Shown: positions 40,808 to 51,014 of the stretch, in pieces
Layout: every line of letters begins with the position of its first letter
How positions within the stretch are numbered: position 1 is the first letter of the stretch
Source of the DNA: an uncultured delta proteobacterium
Lineage (GTDB): Bacteria; Myxococcota; Myxococcia; Myxococcales; Myxococcaceae
DNA length: 64,000 bases
Direction of reading: 5' to 3'
Assembly: GCA_963796055.1 (NCBI GenBank)
Contig: CAWCKH010000004.1
Location: forward strand, 1,472,001-1,536,000
Notes under the pieces: generated by a model
The model's database searches: none
The model's input: the letters and a program-made list of their open reading frames with translations, nothing else
What the model was told of the DNA's origin: nothing
Translations under genes and position numbers: made by a program

Positions 40808-41829
40808 CCAGCGTGGCCGGAACGCTGGGCGCTTCCTCCGGGGTGCGCTTCACGCCCGCCCGGGCAACGCTGGTCCTGGGCGGGCTGCTGGCGCTGGCCC
40901 TGGCCGCGCTCGGGGCCTCGGTGCTGCTCGGCGAGTACCCGCTCCACCTCTTTCGCGCGCTGGCCGAGCCTGCCTCGCCGGACGGCCGGGTGCTGTTCGG
41001 GCTGCGCATCCCGCGGGCGGTGCTCGGAGCGCTGGTGGGCGCCGGGCTGGCCGCGAGCGGCAGCGCGCTGCAGGCGCTGCTCCGCAACCCCCTGGCCGAT
41101 CCCTTCGTCCTCGGTGTCTCCGGCGGTGCGGCGCTCGGGGCGACCCTGGCCCTGGCGCTCGGGCTGCAGGCGCTGGCCGGACCGTCGCTCTTCGCCTTCG
41201 TCGGTGCGGTGGCGGCGATGGCGCTGGTCCTCGCCGCTGGCCGGGCTCGGAGCTCGCCCTACGCGGCGCTGCTCACCGGCGTGGTGTTCAACGCCTTCGC
41301 CGCCGCGGTCATCACCTGCATCAAGACCCTGCTCACGCCGGACCGGCTGGGCGAGGTGCTGTACTGGCTGGCCGGGAGCCTGGGCTACGAGCAGCCCCGT
41401 ACCTTGCTCGTCGGCGGCGGGCTCCAGCTGCTGGCCCTGGGAGTCCTCTGGGCCGAGTCGGCGCGGCTCAACCTCCTGTCGCTGGGAGACGACGAGGCCG
41501 CCTCGCTCGGCGTGCCGGTGCGGCGCACCCGGGCGCTGGTGCTGCTGGCGGCCTCGCTGAGCGTCGCCGCGGCGGTGGCTCTGGCGGGCCTGGTGGGCTT
41601 CGTGGGCCTCATCGTGCCGCACCTGCTCCGGCTGTGGCTGGGGCCCGACCAGCGCCTGCTCGTCCCGGCGAGCGCGCTCGGCGGCGCGGCGTTCCTGGTG
41701 GTGGCCGACGCGGTGACCCGGATGCTCTTCGGGGTGTTCCACTCCGAGCCACCCGTCGGGGTGGTGACGGCCGTGCTCGGTGGACCGCTCTTCGTGTGGC
41801 TCCTCAACCGGCCGGAGCACCCGGCATGA
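40804..41829 (+). CDS. btuC: Cobalamin ABC transporter permease (FecCD/BtuC)
   Basis: LRIPR, QALLRNPLADPFVLGVSGGA, LGDDEAASLG, GFVGLIVPH. Confidence 0.9.
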   Translation: MTSVAGTLGASSGVRFTPARATLVLGGLLALALAALGASVLLGEYPLHLFRALAEPASPDGRVLFGLRIPRAVLGALVGAGLAASGSALQALLRNPLADPFVLGVSGGAALGATLALALGLQALAGPSLFAFVGAVAAMALVLAAGRARSSPYAALLTGVVFNAFAAAVITCIKTLLTPDRLGEVLYWLAGSLGYEQPRTLLVGGGLQLLALGVLWAESARLNLLSLGDDEAASLGVPVRRTRALVLLAASLSVAAAVALAGLVGFVGLIVPHLLRLWLGPDQRLLVPASALGGAAFLVVADAVTRMLFGVFHSEPPVGVVTAVLGGPLFVWLLNRPEHPA

Positions 41830-42608
41830 CGCCCCCCGCGCTGCAGACCGAGGCGCTCGCCGTGGGGTACGGCACCTTCCCGGTGGTCTCCGGGGTGTCG
41901 GTCAGCGTGGCCCCGGGCACTCTCTGGGCGGTGCTCGGCCCGAACGGCTCGGGGAAGAGCACCCTGCTCCGCACGGTGCTCGGTCTGCTCCGCCCGCTTG
42001 CCGGCGAGGTGCGCCTCTTCGGCACGCCGCTCGCCCGCTGGGAGCGACGCGCGCTCGCTCGGCGCGTGGCCTGGATCCCCCAGGCGTTCGACGGCGACCC
42101 GGGCTTCACCGGGCTCGAGCTGGTGCTGATGGGCCGGGCTCCGCACCAGCGGGCGTGGGGGCTGCCGGGGCCGAAGGATCTCGCCGTGGCCCGGGCCGTC
42201 CTGGCCGAGCTGGGCATCGCCCATCTGGCGGGCCGGGTGGTCTCCCGGCTGTCCGGCGGCGAGAGGCGGCTCCTCCTGGTCGCCCGGGCGCTGGCCCAGG
42301 AGCCCGCGCTGCTGCTGCTCGACGAGCCCACCGCGTTCCTCGACCTGCAGCACCAGGCTCAGGTGCTGGAGCGGGTGCGTGCCCGGGTGCGGAGCGGGCT
42401 CGCGGCGATCGCCGTTCTCCACGATCCGAACCTCGCAGCGGCCTTCTCCGACCAGGGCCTGCTGCTACGCGACGGACGGGTGCTGGGCCAGGGCGACTCG
42501 AACGCGCTGCTCGACGCCGAGCGGCTGGGCCAGCTCTACGGGCTGGGGCTCGCCGAGGCCCGCACCGAGACCGGGCACCGGCTGTTCGCGCCCCGGGGGA
42601 CGCCATGA
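41826..42608 (+). CDS. btuD: Cobalamin ABC transporter ATPase
   Basis: GPNGSGKST, LSGGERR, LLLDEPTAFLDL.HQ, LHDPNLA. Confidence 0.9.
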   Translation: MTPPALQTEALAVGYGTFPVVSGVSVSVAPGTLWAVLGPNGSGKSTLLRTVLGLLRPLAGEVRLFGTPLARWERRALARRVAWIPQAFDGDPGFTGLELVLMGRAPHQRAWGLPGPKDLAVARAVLAELGIAHLAGRVVSRLSGGERRLLLVARALAQEPALLLLDEPTAFLDLQHQAQVLERVRARVRSGLAAIAVLHDPNLAAAFSDQGLLLRDGRVLGQGDSNALLDAERLGQLYGLGLAEARTETGHRLFAPRGTP

Positions 42609-43405
42609 GGTCGAGCGCGCCCCGTCTCTCCCGGGCGATGGCGGTCTCTGCCGCCACGCACCTCGGCGTACTCGCCGCGCTTCTCGCCCTGGCGCAGCCG
42701 CGCACCTCTTCGACGCTGCCGATGCGGGTCGCCCTGGTGGGCGCTGCGGCACGGATCCCCTCCTCGCCCGGCGAGCCCGGGCCGATGCCGGGTCGCACAG
42801 GTCGGGAGACGACCGAGTTCGGCACAGATGAGGGGATCGCGCCCGCCGGTCTGGCGCCGATCGCGGCACCGCCTCCTCCGACCCGCACGATCCCCCGTGG
42901 GGTGCACCGTGCGTGGCCCGGGCCAGGCCCCACGGCGCCCGGCAACGCCGACGGCGCGGCCCGGGCGGCGGCCCTGGTCGCGCCGGTGCAATCGGACGTC
43001 TGGATGCTCTCCGGTCCCGGGGAGCCGCCCGTCGCCGGAGCGACGCCCCCGCCGCCCGGACCCGCGGGACGAGGCCCTGGTCGCGCCGGCGGCGAGGCAG
43101 GGGGAGCCGCGGACGGGGCGCGTGCGGCCTCGCTCCTCGCGGCGCTCTCGGAGCGGCTGGCATGGTCCGCCGAGCGCTGTGCCCCGCACGCCCTCGTCCG
43201 CACCGCGCGGCACGCCATCCCCGGCGTCCCGCTCCACTTCTGCCTCGACGCCGCCGGTCGGCCCAGCGACGTGGGGCTGCTCGGGACCACCGGCTCGGAG
43301 CAGCTGGACCGCGCCGCGCGGGACTGCGTGGTGCCGGGCGCGCTCCCGCTTCCGCCCGCTCCGGGTTGCTACACCGTGGAGGTCCGGTTCCCGACCCGCG
43401 GATGA
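42605..43405 (+). CDS. TonB family energy transducer
   Basis: TM with SxxxH (VSAATHL), Pro-rich spacer, C-terminal F.LD..G....GTTGS..LDRAA. Confidence 0.75.
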   Translation: MRSSAPRLSRAMAVSAATHLGVLAALLALAQPRTSSTLPMRVALVGAAARIPSSPGEPGPMPGRTGRETTEFGTDEGIAPAGLAPIAAPPPPTRTIPRGVHRAWPGPGPTAPGNADGAARAAALVAPVQSDVWMLSGPGEPPVAGATPPPPGPAGRGPGRAGGEAGGAADGARAASLLAALSERLAWSAERCAPHALVRTARHAIPGVPLHFCLDAAGRPSDVGLLGTTGSEQLDRAARDCVVPGALPLPPAPGCYTVEVRFPTRG

Positions 43406-43454
43406 GAGCAGCCAGCGCGCCGGGCGCGGCACCGCCTCTGCCCGGGCGGGTGGA

Positions 43455-43937
43455 TCAGGGCTGCTGCAGCTTCGACTTGTTGGGGCCGCCCGTGCCCGGC
43501 GCCGCGTCCCAGCTCGGGCCCATGTCGACTCCGTTGACCAGGTAGTGGTCGCTGGGGCGGAACACCCGGCCGCCGCGCTGCGCGTTGCGCATCTCGGGCT
43601 CGTCGAGGTCCGCCGTCGGCGCGGTCGAGCCGCGCCCCGGGGCGGGCTCGGTGATCCCCGTGCCCCAACCGAACACGCCGTTGCCGGCGGGAGGGCCGGG
43701 GTCCTCCGCCCGCTCGAGCTCCTGCTCGTCGTTGGTGTCCGAGTTGACGCCCGCGGTGCCGTTCCGCTGGGACCGCCCCTCACCGGTCCCCGCATAGTCG
43801 ATGCCCGACCAGGCCATCTCCCGTCCGCGGGTGGTCAGCGGCTGGACGTCTCGCGCTGGAGGGGGTTCGGTGTACTGATCACATGCCGCGACGATGGCGG
43901 TGGCGCACACTACGACCCAACGGTGCATCGTTCCCAT
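43455..43937 (-). CDS. Hypothetical low-complexity lipoprotein
   Basis: Lipobox VAAC; hydrophilic G/P/T-rich body. Confidence 0.55.
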   Translation of the reverse strand: MGTMHRWVVVCATAIVAACDQYTEPPPARDVQPLTTRGREMAWSGIDYAGTGEGRSQRNGTAGVNSDTNDEQELERAEDPGPPAGNGVFGWGTGITEPAPGRGSTAPTADLDEPEMRNAQRGGRVFRPSDHYLVNGVDMGPSWDAAPGTGGPNKSKLQQP

Positions 43938-44009
43938 CCTGTGCAGTGGCTCCCGAGGCGCTCCCGGTCGGCTCTCCTAGCCGGTCCCGGGTCGCTTGGC
44001 CACAGCTGG

Positions 44010-44494
44010 ATGACCGGGTCGATGGACGGGGAACGGACGGCAGGTGGCGCGCGGCCACGGGTACACCCCGGACTGGCCCGGGCCTGGCGCTCGCTGGTGG
44101 AGCGGCTGCTGGGCGCGCTGGACCGGCTCCGGCTGCCGGGCGCCACGGTTCTCCCGGTCGCCGGGGCGGTGGTGGGCCTCTACGGCGGGCTGCCGGCGGG
44201 CGTGTTCGCCAACCTCATCGGGGTGGTGAGCGGGGTGGTGTTCGGGTGGCCGCAGCTGCTGGACATCGTCCGCCGGGGCTCCGAGACGCGCGCCGCGCTC
44301 CGCCTCTCGCTGGCCACCGCCCACTGGCACCCCGGATATCTGGTGGTCGGCGTGCCCCTGGCGCTCTCGGCCCGGCTCCGGACCGACCGGGCTACCCGTA
44401 CGGGGTGGTGACCCGCGCGGGGGCGCAGCGGGTGAAGCGTCGGGCGCTCGGGGCTTCCGGCGGGCCGACGATGGCGCCGACCGAGGAGTCCTAG
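44010..44494 (+). pseudogene. Internally deleted membrane transporter gene, probably a ClC chloride channel
   Basis: N-terminal LPVAGAVVGLYGG..AGVFANLIG TM region ends abruptly near 44370; a CBS-like tail (YGVVTRAG) in another frame ends at TAG 44494, abutting the fur stop. Confidence 0.55.
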
Positions 44495-44961
44495 GCGGCG
44501 CAGCGCGGGCACCGCCCGCGGACGTGGATCTCCGCGGCGGACCGCGCGGCGAGCGCCGGGGACAAGGTCACCGCGTCGACCGGCAGGCACTCCAGCTCCC
44601 CGCATTCGGTGCAGCTGAAGTGAGGGTGGTTCTGCTCGTGGCGTCGGGCGTCAGGGCCGCGCAGGTCGAACCGCCAGACGTGGTCGCCGAGGTCCCGGCG
44701 GTGCGCCAGGCCGCGCTCGGTGAGGTCCATCAGGATGCGGTACACGGTGGTGCGGTCCATCCCGTCCTGCGGGAGCAGCGCCACCATCTCGGGATGGCTC
44801 ATGGGCCGGGGCGCCCTCTGCAGCGCCTCGTAGACCCGCAGTCGTTGCTCGGTCACCCGGAGTCCGGCCTCGCGGAGGGCCCGACGCGCCTCCGTGCCGC
44901 GCGCCATCGTGGAGCCTGCGTGCTCTCCATTGATCCAGGACGCGGTCTGGGGGCTCGCCAT
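44491..44961 (-). CDS. Fur family transcriptional regulator (Zur/Fur-like)
   Basis: GLRVTEQR, DRTTVYRIL, HPHFSCTECG, GRCPRC. Confidence 0.93.
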   Translation of the reverse strand: MASPQTASWINGEHAGSTMARGTEARRALREAGLRVTEQRLRVYEALQRAPRPMSHPEMVALLPQDGMDRTTVYRILMDLTERGLAHRRDLGDHVWRFDLRGPDARRHEQNHPHFSCTECGELECLPVDAVTLSPALAARSAAEIHVRGRCPRCAA

Positions 44962-45017
44962 GGTGTTCTCCCTCGCTGGCCCCGGCCCGCGCCAGAGCAG
45001 TCAGGCCTGCCTGCGGG

Positions 45018-45034
45018 TGCAAGCGAGCCGCCAA
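45018..45034 (-). promoter_or_regulatory. Putative sigma54 promoter of the fur-family gene
   Basis: Minus strand TTGGCGGCTCGCTTGCA (GG-N10-GC), about 57 nt upstream of the ATG. Confidence 0.55.
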
Positions 45035-45135
45035 GGACGAATCAAGCAATTCCAGTGGCTTGCCCTCCGAACGATGTCGGGAATTCAAACGCCTCACATA
45101 CGCTGATGCAAGCGAATGACATCTTTCACAGCGGA

Positions 45136-45480
45136 CTAACCCATCCCCCCCTTGAGGCGTCGGCCGCCGATCAGGTGGAGGTGGAGATGGAAGACGGCCT
45201 GACCAGCATCGGGCCCGCTGTTCATCACCAGGCGGTAACCGGAGTCGGCGATCCCCCGCTCGGCCGCCACCTGCGAGGCGGTGAGGACGAGGTGGCCCAC
45301 CAGCTCGCGGTCCTCGGGAGTGAGGGCGCTGTTCGAGGGGATGTGCCGGAGGGGGACGAAGAGGACGTGCACCGGGGCCTGGGGATTGATGTCCTCGAAC
45401 GCGAGGCACCGGTCATCCCGCAGGACCAGCTTGGCGGGGATCTGCCCGTCCCGGATCTTGCAAAACACGCAATCGGACAT
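45136..45480 (-). CDS. hinT: Histidine triad nucleotide-binding protein (HinT-like)
   Basis: CVFCKI, DINPQAPVH, GQAVFHLHLHLIGG. Confidence 0.94.
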   Translation of the reverse strand: MSDCVFCKIRDGQIPAKLVLRDDRCLAFEDINPQAPVHVLFVPLRHIPSNSALTPEDRELVGHLVLTASQVAAERGIADSGYRLVMNSGPDAGQAVFHLHLHLIGGRRLKGGMG

Positions 45481-45593
45481 GGCGGTGACTCTGCCCGGGA
45501 GGCTCGGGCAGGCCAAGCGCCTCGGCAGTAACTCACCGCGGCATCGTCACGTAGGCCTTCCGGCCGCACACCACTGCCTCTGGAGGCTTCACG

Positions 45594-46250
45594 ATGGCGC
45601 GCAGCCGTTGGGCGATGCTCGCCCTGGTCCTCGCCATGCCGGGCGGGGCCCGGGCGCTGGAGGACGGATGGACGCACGACGTCGACCTGTCGATGGGGTT
45701 CGGCTCCGGCACGGTGATCGCCGCGCTGAGCGAGGTGAGCGCGTTCGGGCTGTTGGGGGGACGGCTGCGACTCGGCGCCGGGCCGCGGCTGCTCGGGGTG
45801 TTCGGTGGAGACGGCCTCGCCTTCTCCACGGCGGACGCGGACCTCATCGCCGCCGGCCGGACCCAGACGCTCGCGGTCTCCGGCGTGCGGACCGGCGCCT
45901 TGAACGTGGCGCTCTCGGTGCGGGTACGCATCGTGGCCGGGCTCGAGCTCGGGGCGAACATCGACGTGGTGGGCGTGGGCTTCGGCCGCACGCGCCCGGT
46001 CAGCTCGGGCGGCGTCCAGACCGACGCCGCTCCTCCCACCCTGAACCTGCTCACCGTCGGGCGGAAGGATCAGGGGACGCTCGACTCGGAGTTCTTCGTC
46101 GCCTGGTGGTTCGGCGAGCGGGTGGCGATCCGCGCGGGCGCCTCGCACGTGGAGACCGAGCTGGTGACGGAAGAGCCGCTCCAGGACGGGAACGATCGGT
46201 TTCGCCGCACCAGCACGCTCTTCTTCGTCGCGGTCACCCACCGGCTGTGA
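45594..46250 (+). CDS. Hypothetical outer-membrane beta-barrel-like protein
   Basis: Signal peptide, alternating amphipathic strands, C-terminal FFVAVTHRL. Confidence 0.55.
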   Translation: MARSRWAMLALVLAMPGGARALEDGWTHDVDLSMGFGSGTVIAALSEVSAFGLLGGRLRLGAGPRLLGVFGGDGLAFSTADADLIAAGRTQTLAVSGVRTGALNVALSVRVRIVAGLELGANIDVVGVGFGRTRPVSSGGVQTDAAPPTLNLLTVGRKDQGTLDSEFFVAWWFGERVAIRAGASHVETELVTEEPLQDGNDRFRRTSTLFFVAVTHRL

Positions 46251-46927
46251 GCTCTTCGCGGTTCCTGTGGCTCGCGCTGTTCGTGCCGGCGCTCGCCGCG
46301 GCGGAGCCCCGTACCTTCCGGGTGGCGCCGCCGGCCGAGGGGAGCAAGGCCGAGGCGGTGGTGGTCTACAGCCTGGGCACGCACACCCAGACCGCACAGG
46401 AGATCCGCGGCGAGGTGACCCTCGATCCGTCGACCCTCGCCTCCGCCTCGGGGGCGGTGGTGGTGCCGCTCGCTGGCATCAAGGGCGATGGAGGCACCCG
46501 CGACTGCCACATGCGCGAGGCGCTCGGGCTGGACTACGCCGTCGGAGGTCGTTTCCCCAAGGAGCACGTCTGCGATGGACAGGACCGGCTCCCGGCGAGC
46601 GGCCCCGAGTCGGTGGCCTTCCCCGACATCCGCCTCGAGCTGGTCGGGGCGAGGCCGCTGGACGACCTCGCCCTGCTCGAGGCCGGAAAGCCGGTGCGGG
46701 TGGAGCTCGAGGTGCGCTGGATTCTGCACGGCGTGACCCATGCGGCGCGCGAGCTGACCCGGGTGCTGCGCGAAGGGACGGGCCTCCGGGTCCGCGGCCG
46801 CTCGACGGTGGTGCTCGCCGACCATGGCGTGGTGGTGAGGCCGACCAAGGTGCTGTTCGCGGAGATCAAGGTCGGCGACGCGGTGACCGTCACCTACAAT
46901 CTGCGGCTGGTGCCGGTTTCCCCCTGA
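46247..46927 (+). CDS. YceI family (polyisoprenoid-binding) protein
   Basis: Signal peptide; GEVTLDP, RDCHMR (RDxH), FPDIRL, LHGVT, DHGV, VTVTYNL; GTGA overlap. Confidence 0.78.
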   Translation: MSSSRFLWLALFVPALAAAEPRTFRVAPPAEGSKAEAVVVYSLGTHTQTAQEIRGEVTLDPSTLASASGAVVVPLAGIKGDGGTRDCHMREALGLDYAVGGRFPKEHVCDGQDRLPASGPESVAFPDIRLELVGARPLDDLALLEAGKPVRVELEVRWILHGVTHAARELTRVLREGTGLRVRGRSTVVLADHGVVVRPTKVLFAEIKVGDAVTVTYNLRLVPVSP

Positions 46928-46976
46928 GCGTTCCGGCCGTGGATGGCGCGGTCCCGGGGCCGGTGCGCGCGCCGAC

Positions 46977-48428
46977 TCAGGGCAGATCGGCGCGGTACGT
47001 CGGGTCTGGCGCGCAGGGCCCCTGGAAGAGCCTTGCCAGAACCAGCGGGCCGTCCCGGGCGATCACCGCCTGGGGCGGCACGGCGTACCCGACGGTCAGC
47101 ACGACATCGTAGTGCCGCGAGGCCCGCGGCGGCCCGAGGTGCGAGTACATCGGCGCGTCGCGATGGAAGTACGTGTAGCCGCCCGCCCAGGCGATGTGCG
47201 TGGCCTCCACCTTGAGGCCGCACAGGACGGGCAGCTCGCTGGCCACCAGCAGCAGCCGGTTCACCGGGGCGAAGTCGTCGTAGGCGCTCACCGTGTCGCG
47301 CTGGCCGTCGTAGGCCCCGAGCTCACCAAACGTCAGGGTGTGGAACCGCGCGCCCGAGACGATGGCCGCGAGCAGCGCCAGCCCCACCGGGAGCCGACGG
47401 TCGATGCGGGTGGAGGCGACCGAGAGCCCCACCCCGGCCAGGGCCATCGCCGCCGGCAGGACCGGGAGGATGAACCGCAGCTCCTTGTGGGGGATGGCGC
47501 TGTGCACGGCGAGGAACAGGCCCACCGCCGCCGCCAGTGCGGGCGCTCGCAACAGCCCGAGGAGCACCGCCGGGGCCATCACCGCCGAGACGGCCGGCAT
47601 CGAGGTCCACAGGACGCGGAGGTAGTAGCCGGCCGGTGAGGCGCCGAAGAGCGCTCCCTTGCCCTGCACCCAGTTGTAGCGCCAGTACGCGATCGCGGAG
47701 TGAAACCACCCGCCCCAGGTCAGCCGGTCGAGCAGCCCGAGGAGCAGCGCCCAGCCGGCGAGCACCGCGGTGACCTCCAGCGCCTCGCGCCATCGCCGCC
47801 GCGCGAGCCAGGCGCCTGCCAGCGCCACGCAGAGCAGCGCGTCCTGGAGGCGGAGCAGCACGGCGAACCCGAGCAGCGAGGCCCCGAGCAGCCTCTCCCG
47901 CCAGGACGCCTCTCGCGGCAGTGCCCAGGCGAGCCCCAGGGTGACCGGGAATGCCGAGAGCGGCTCCGACAGCCCGCGCGGGGCGAAGTAGATGGCCGGG
48001 GCGGCGAGCGCCCAGAGCGCGCCGGCCATCGCCGATTCGAGTGGGCCCGCGCCCATGCGGCGGGCCAGCCGCGCGGTGGCCCAGGCGGTGGCCACTCCCA
48101 CCGCGGCGAAGACCAGCTTGGCCGCGGGCACGTACTGGGCCGGCCGCGAGAGCCCCAGCCCGCGGAACAGCTCGAGCAGCCCGGCGACGAGCCCGGGCAG
48201 CACCCAGGTGCGCAGCCCCTCACGGAACTCGAGCGGCACCCAGCCCCGGCCCCAGACCAGCCGGTGCGCCGGCTCGAGCGACTGGTAGATCTCGTCCGGC
48301 CAGGCGATGCCCTGGTCGGTGAGGGCCAGCCAACCGCGCAGCGCCGCCCCGGCCGCCAGCGCCGCGAGCAGCACCCACCGCGCGCGCCTCGTGTCGTCGG
48401 CCGTGTCAGCTGGAGCGTCGGGCGGCAC
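46977..48428 (-). CDS. GT-C fold glycosyltransferase, GT22 (Alg9/PIG-B mannosyltransferase)-like
   Basis: [19 protein letters not shown]...EF..GLR and [11 protein letters not shown] motifs; many TMs. Confidence 0.85.
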   Translation of the reverse strand: MPPDAPADTADDTRRARWVLLAALAAGAALRGWLALTDQGIAWPDEIYQSLEPAHRLVWGRGWVPLEFREGLRTWVLPGLVAGLLELFRGLGLSRPAQYVPAAKLVFAAVGVATAWATARLARRMGAGPLESAMAGALWALAAPAIYFAPRGLSEPLSAFPVTLGLAWALPREASWRERLLGASLLGFAVLLRLQDALLCVALAGAWLARRRWREALEVTAVLAGWALLLGLLDRLTWGGWFHSAIAYWRYNWVQGKGALFGASPAGYYLRVLWTSMPAVSAVMAPAVLLGLLRAPALAAAVGLFLAVHSAIPHKELRFILPVLPAAMALAGVGLSVASTRIDRRLPVGLALLAAIVSGARFHTLTFGELGAYDGQRDTVSAYDDFAPVNRLLLVASELPVLCGLKVEATHIAWAGGYTYFHRDAPMYSHLGPPRASRHYDVVLTVGYAVPPQAVIARDGPLVLARLFQGPCAPDPTYRADLP

Positions 48429-48466
48429 GTGGGGGAGCCCCGTGATACATCAATCGGCGACCGTCC

Positions 48467-49432
48467 ATGAGCTCGATCAAGATCGCGCGGCTGCTCGAGG
48501 ACCGGGATTTCGGGCTCCAGCTGACCCTGGTCACCGGGGCGGAGGGGCTCGGCCGCGTCATCACCAGCTCACGCATCCAGAAGCCCGGCCTGGCGCTGGC
48601 CGGGTTCACCGAGCACCTGCACCCCGAACGGGTGCAGGTCTTCGGCAACACCGAGATCGCCTACCTGAACACCCTGGACGAGGCGACCCAGCGCGAGGCG
48701 CTGAAGAAGCTCAGCGACTCGAACCTGGCCTGCGTGGTGGTCACCAAGGACCTGGACATTCCCCGCTCGCTGGTCGACGTCTGCAGCGCGGCCCAGCTGG
48801 CGCTGATGAAGACCCCGCTGCTCTCGTCCACCTTCATCCAGCAGGTCACCGCCTTTCTCGAGGAGTCGCTCACCGAGTCCGCCAGCCTCCACGGCGTGCT
48901 GATGGACGTCATCGGGGTGGGCATTCTGTTGCTGGGAAAGTCCGGCATCGGCAAGAGCGAGATCGCCCTCGACCTGGTCACCCGCGGTCACCGCCTGGTC
49001 GCCGACGACATCGTGGAGGTCACCCGCCGCAAGCAGGACACGGTCCACGGCTCGGGCAACCCGATCATCAAGCACCACATGGAGATCCGGGGCCTGGGCA
49101 TCATCAACATCAAGGACCTGTTCGGCGTGGCGGCGGTCCGCGATCGGAAGAAGATCGAGCTGGTCATCGAGCTGGTGGAGTGGGATCCCCACCGCGAGTA
49201 CGACCGGCTGGGCGTCGAGGAGCGCTTCTTCAACGTGGTGGGGGTCGACCTTCCCCTCTCCACCATCCCGGTGCGCCCGGGCCGGAACATCACCACCCTG
49301 ATCGAGGTGGCGGCCAGGAACCACCTGCTCAAGCTTCAGGGCCACCACAGCGCCAAGGAGTTCGCCGAGCAGCTCAACCGCGCCATCGCCGAGGGCGCCA
49401 TGCGGAGGACCCTGGGCGAGGAGGTGGAGTGA
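48467..49432 (+). CDS. hprK: HPr kinase/phosphorylase
   Basis: [43 protein letters not shown]. Confidence 0.97.
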   Translation: MSSIKIARLLEDRDFGLQLTLVTGAEGLGRVITSSRIQKPGLALAGFTEHLHPERVQVFGNTEIAYLNTLDEATQREALKKLSDSNLACVVVTKDLDIPRSLVDVCSAAQLALMKTPLLSSTFIQQVTAFLEESLTESASLHGVLMDVIGVGILLLGKSGIGKSEIALDLVTRGHRLVADDIVEVTRRKQDTVHGSGNPIIKHHMEIRGLGIINIKDLFGVAAVRDRKKIELVIELVEWDPHREYDRLGVEERFFNVVGVDLPLSTIPVRPGRNITTLIEVAARNHLLKLQGHHSAKEFAEQLNRAIAEGAMRRTLGEEVE

Positions 49433-50307
49433 TGGACGCCCCGGCGAACGAGCGCCGGCGCATCGTCATCCTCACCGGGGTGTCGGGATCGGGAAAGTCC
49501 ACCGCCGTCCGGGCGCTGGAGGACGCCGGGTACTTCTGCATCGACAACCTGCCGGTGGTCCTGGTGCCCCAGCTCACCGGGCTCGCCGAGCTGGCCCAGC
49601 CGGACACCCGCTTCGCCCTGGTGATCGACGCCCGCGAGGGGGAGATGCTCCGGCAGGCGCCCGGCATTCTCGCCCGTCTGCGCGCCGAGGGGCATCACGT
49701 CGAGCTGGTCTTCCTCGACGCCTCGGACGAGAGCCTGGTTCGCCGCTACTCCGAGACCCGGCGTCGGCATCCGCTGGCCTCGGACGAGAGCGTGCCAGCG
49801 GGAATCGCCCGGGAGCGGGAGCTGCTCGCGGACCTGCGTGACCTGGCCGACCAGGTCATCGACACCTCCCAGCTGAACGTCCACGACCTGAAGCGGCTGG
49901 TGATGGCCCGCTTCGGCGAGTCCGGCACCTCACTGCCGAGCCTCACCGTCGTCTCCTTCGGCTACCGGTACGGGGTCCCACCCCAGGCCGACCTGGTCTT
50001 CGACCTCCGCTTCCTTCCCAACCCGTACTTCGTGCCCGAGCTCAAGCCGCTGACCGGGGAGGACCCGGCGGTCGCCCGCTACGTCCTCGAGCGGTCGGAG
50101 GCCCAGGAGTTCCTGAGCCGCATCGTGGACCTGGCGCAGTTCCTGTTCCCCCGCTACCAGCGCGAGGGAAAGGCGTATCTGACCGTGGCCCTGGGCTGCA
50201 CCGGCGGGAAGCACCGGAGCGTCGCCGTGGCCGCCGCCCTCGCCCAGCGCCTCGGCGCGGGCCGGGCCGGAGTGCAGCTGCAGCACCGAGACATCGAGAA
50301 GGAGTAA
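49432..50307 (+). CDS. rapZ: RNase adapter RapZ (YvcJ family)
   Basis: [44 protein letters not shown]. Confidence 0.96.
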   Translation: MDAPANERRRIVILTGVSGSGKSTAVRALEDAGYFCIDNLPVVLVPQLTGLAELAQPDTRFALVIDAREGEMLRQAPGILARLRAEGHHVELVFLDASDESLVRRYSETRRRHPLASDESVPAGIARERELLADLRDLADQVIDTSQLNVHDLKRLVMARFGESGTSLPSLTVVSFGYRYGVPPQADLVFDLRFLPNPYFVPELKPLTGEDPAVARYVLERSEAQEFLSRIVDLAQFLFPRYQREGKAYLTVALGCTGGKHRSVAVAAALAQRLGAGRAGVQLQHRDIEKE

Positions 50308-50404
50308 GCAAGCAAGCTCGGCGGGTCGGTGCTCCAGGCCTGTTACTGGCCGCCAGAAGCTCCGCGAGGGTCGCTCCCACCCCGGGGTCCGCCTGGACGC
50401 CGGC

Positions 50405-50432
50405 TGGACACCCCCGGTCGCCGCCTTATTCT
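50405..50432 (+). promoter_or_regulatory. Possible sigma70-type promoter for the PTS genes
   Basis: TGGACA-N16-TATTCT in the 226-nt gap before EIIA. Confidence 0.35.
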
Positions 50433-50533
50433 TTGGTGGCGCGTGAAGATCCGGTGCGCGGCGCGTGTCGAATGGTTGCAGCGAACGGCGGCGTGGGAGT
50501 AGGGAGCCGCGGCGGACTGCAGAGAGGTGTCAC

Positions 50534-50959
50534 ATGGTCGGGCTCGTGGTCGCAGCCCATGGTCGTCTGGCGCAGGAGCTGGTGGCGACCGCAGAACAGA
50601 TCATGGGAGCTTTGCCCGAGGTGGCCACGGTGAGCATCGAGCCGGGCACATCGCCGGAGAGCATTCGCGCCCAGATGCGCGCGGCGGTGAAGGAGCTGGA
50701 CCATGGCGAGGGCGTGCTCGTCCTCGCGGACCTGTTCGGCGGCACCCCGTGCAAGGAGTCGCTCCTGCTCTGCGGGAAGGCAAACGTCGAGGTGCTGGCC
50801 GGCGTGAACCTCCCCATGCTGATGAAGGCAGCCTCGCTCCGGAAGGAGCACCTGCCCTTGCACGACCTGGCCGAGTCGCTGCTCACCTACGCCCAGCGCA
50901 ACATCCGCTTCGCCTCAGAGCTGGTCCGCGACGCCGCCGGGCGCCACGTCGCCTCCTGA
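50534..50959 (+). CDS. PTS mannose/fructose-class EIIA
   Basis: VVAAHG.LA, ADLFGGTP, GVNLPML; GAGG SD. Confidence 0.93.
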   Translation: MVGLVVAAHGRLAQELVATAEQIMGALPEVATVSIEPGTSPESIRAQMRAAVKELDHGEGVLVLADLFGGTPCKESLLLCGKANVEVLAGVNLPMLMKAASLRKEHLPLHDLAESLLTYAQRNIRFASELVRDAAGRHVAS

Positions 50960-51014
50960 GGAGCCCGTCAGGGCGGATCCCTACAGTCCGCCCCGTTCGA
51001 GGCCTCGAGCCCAC

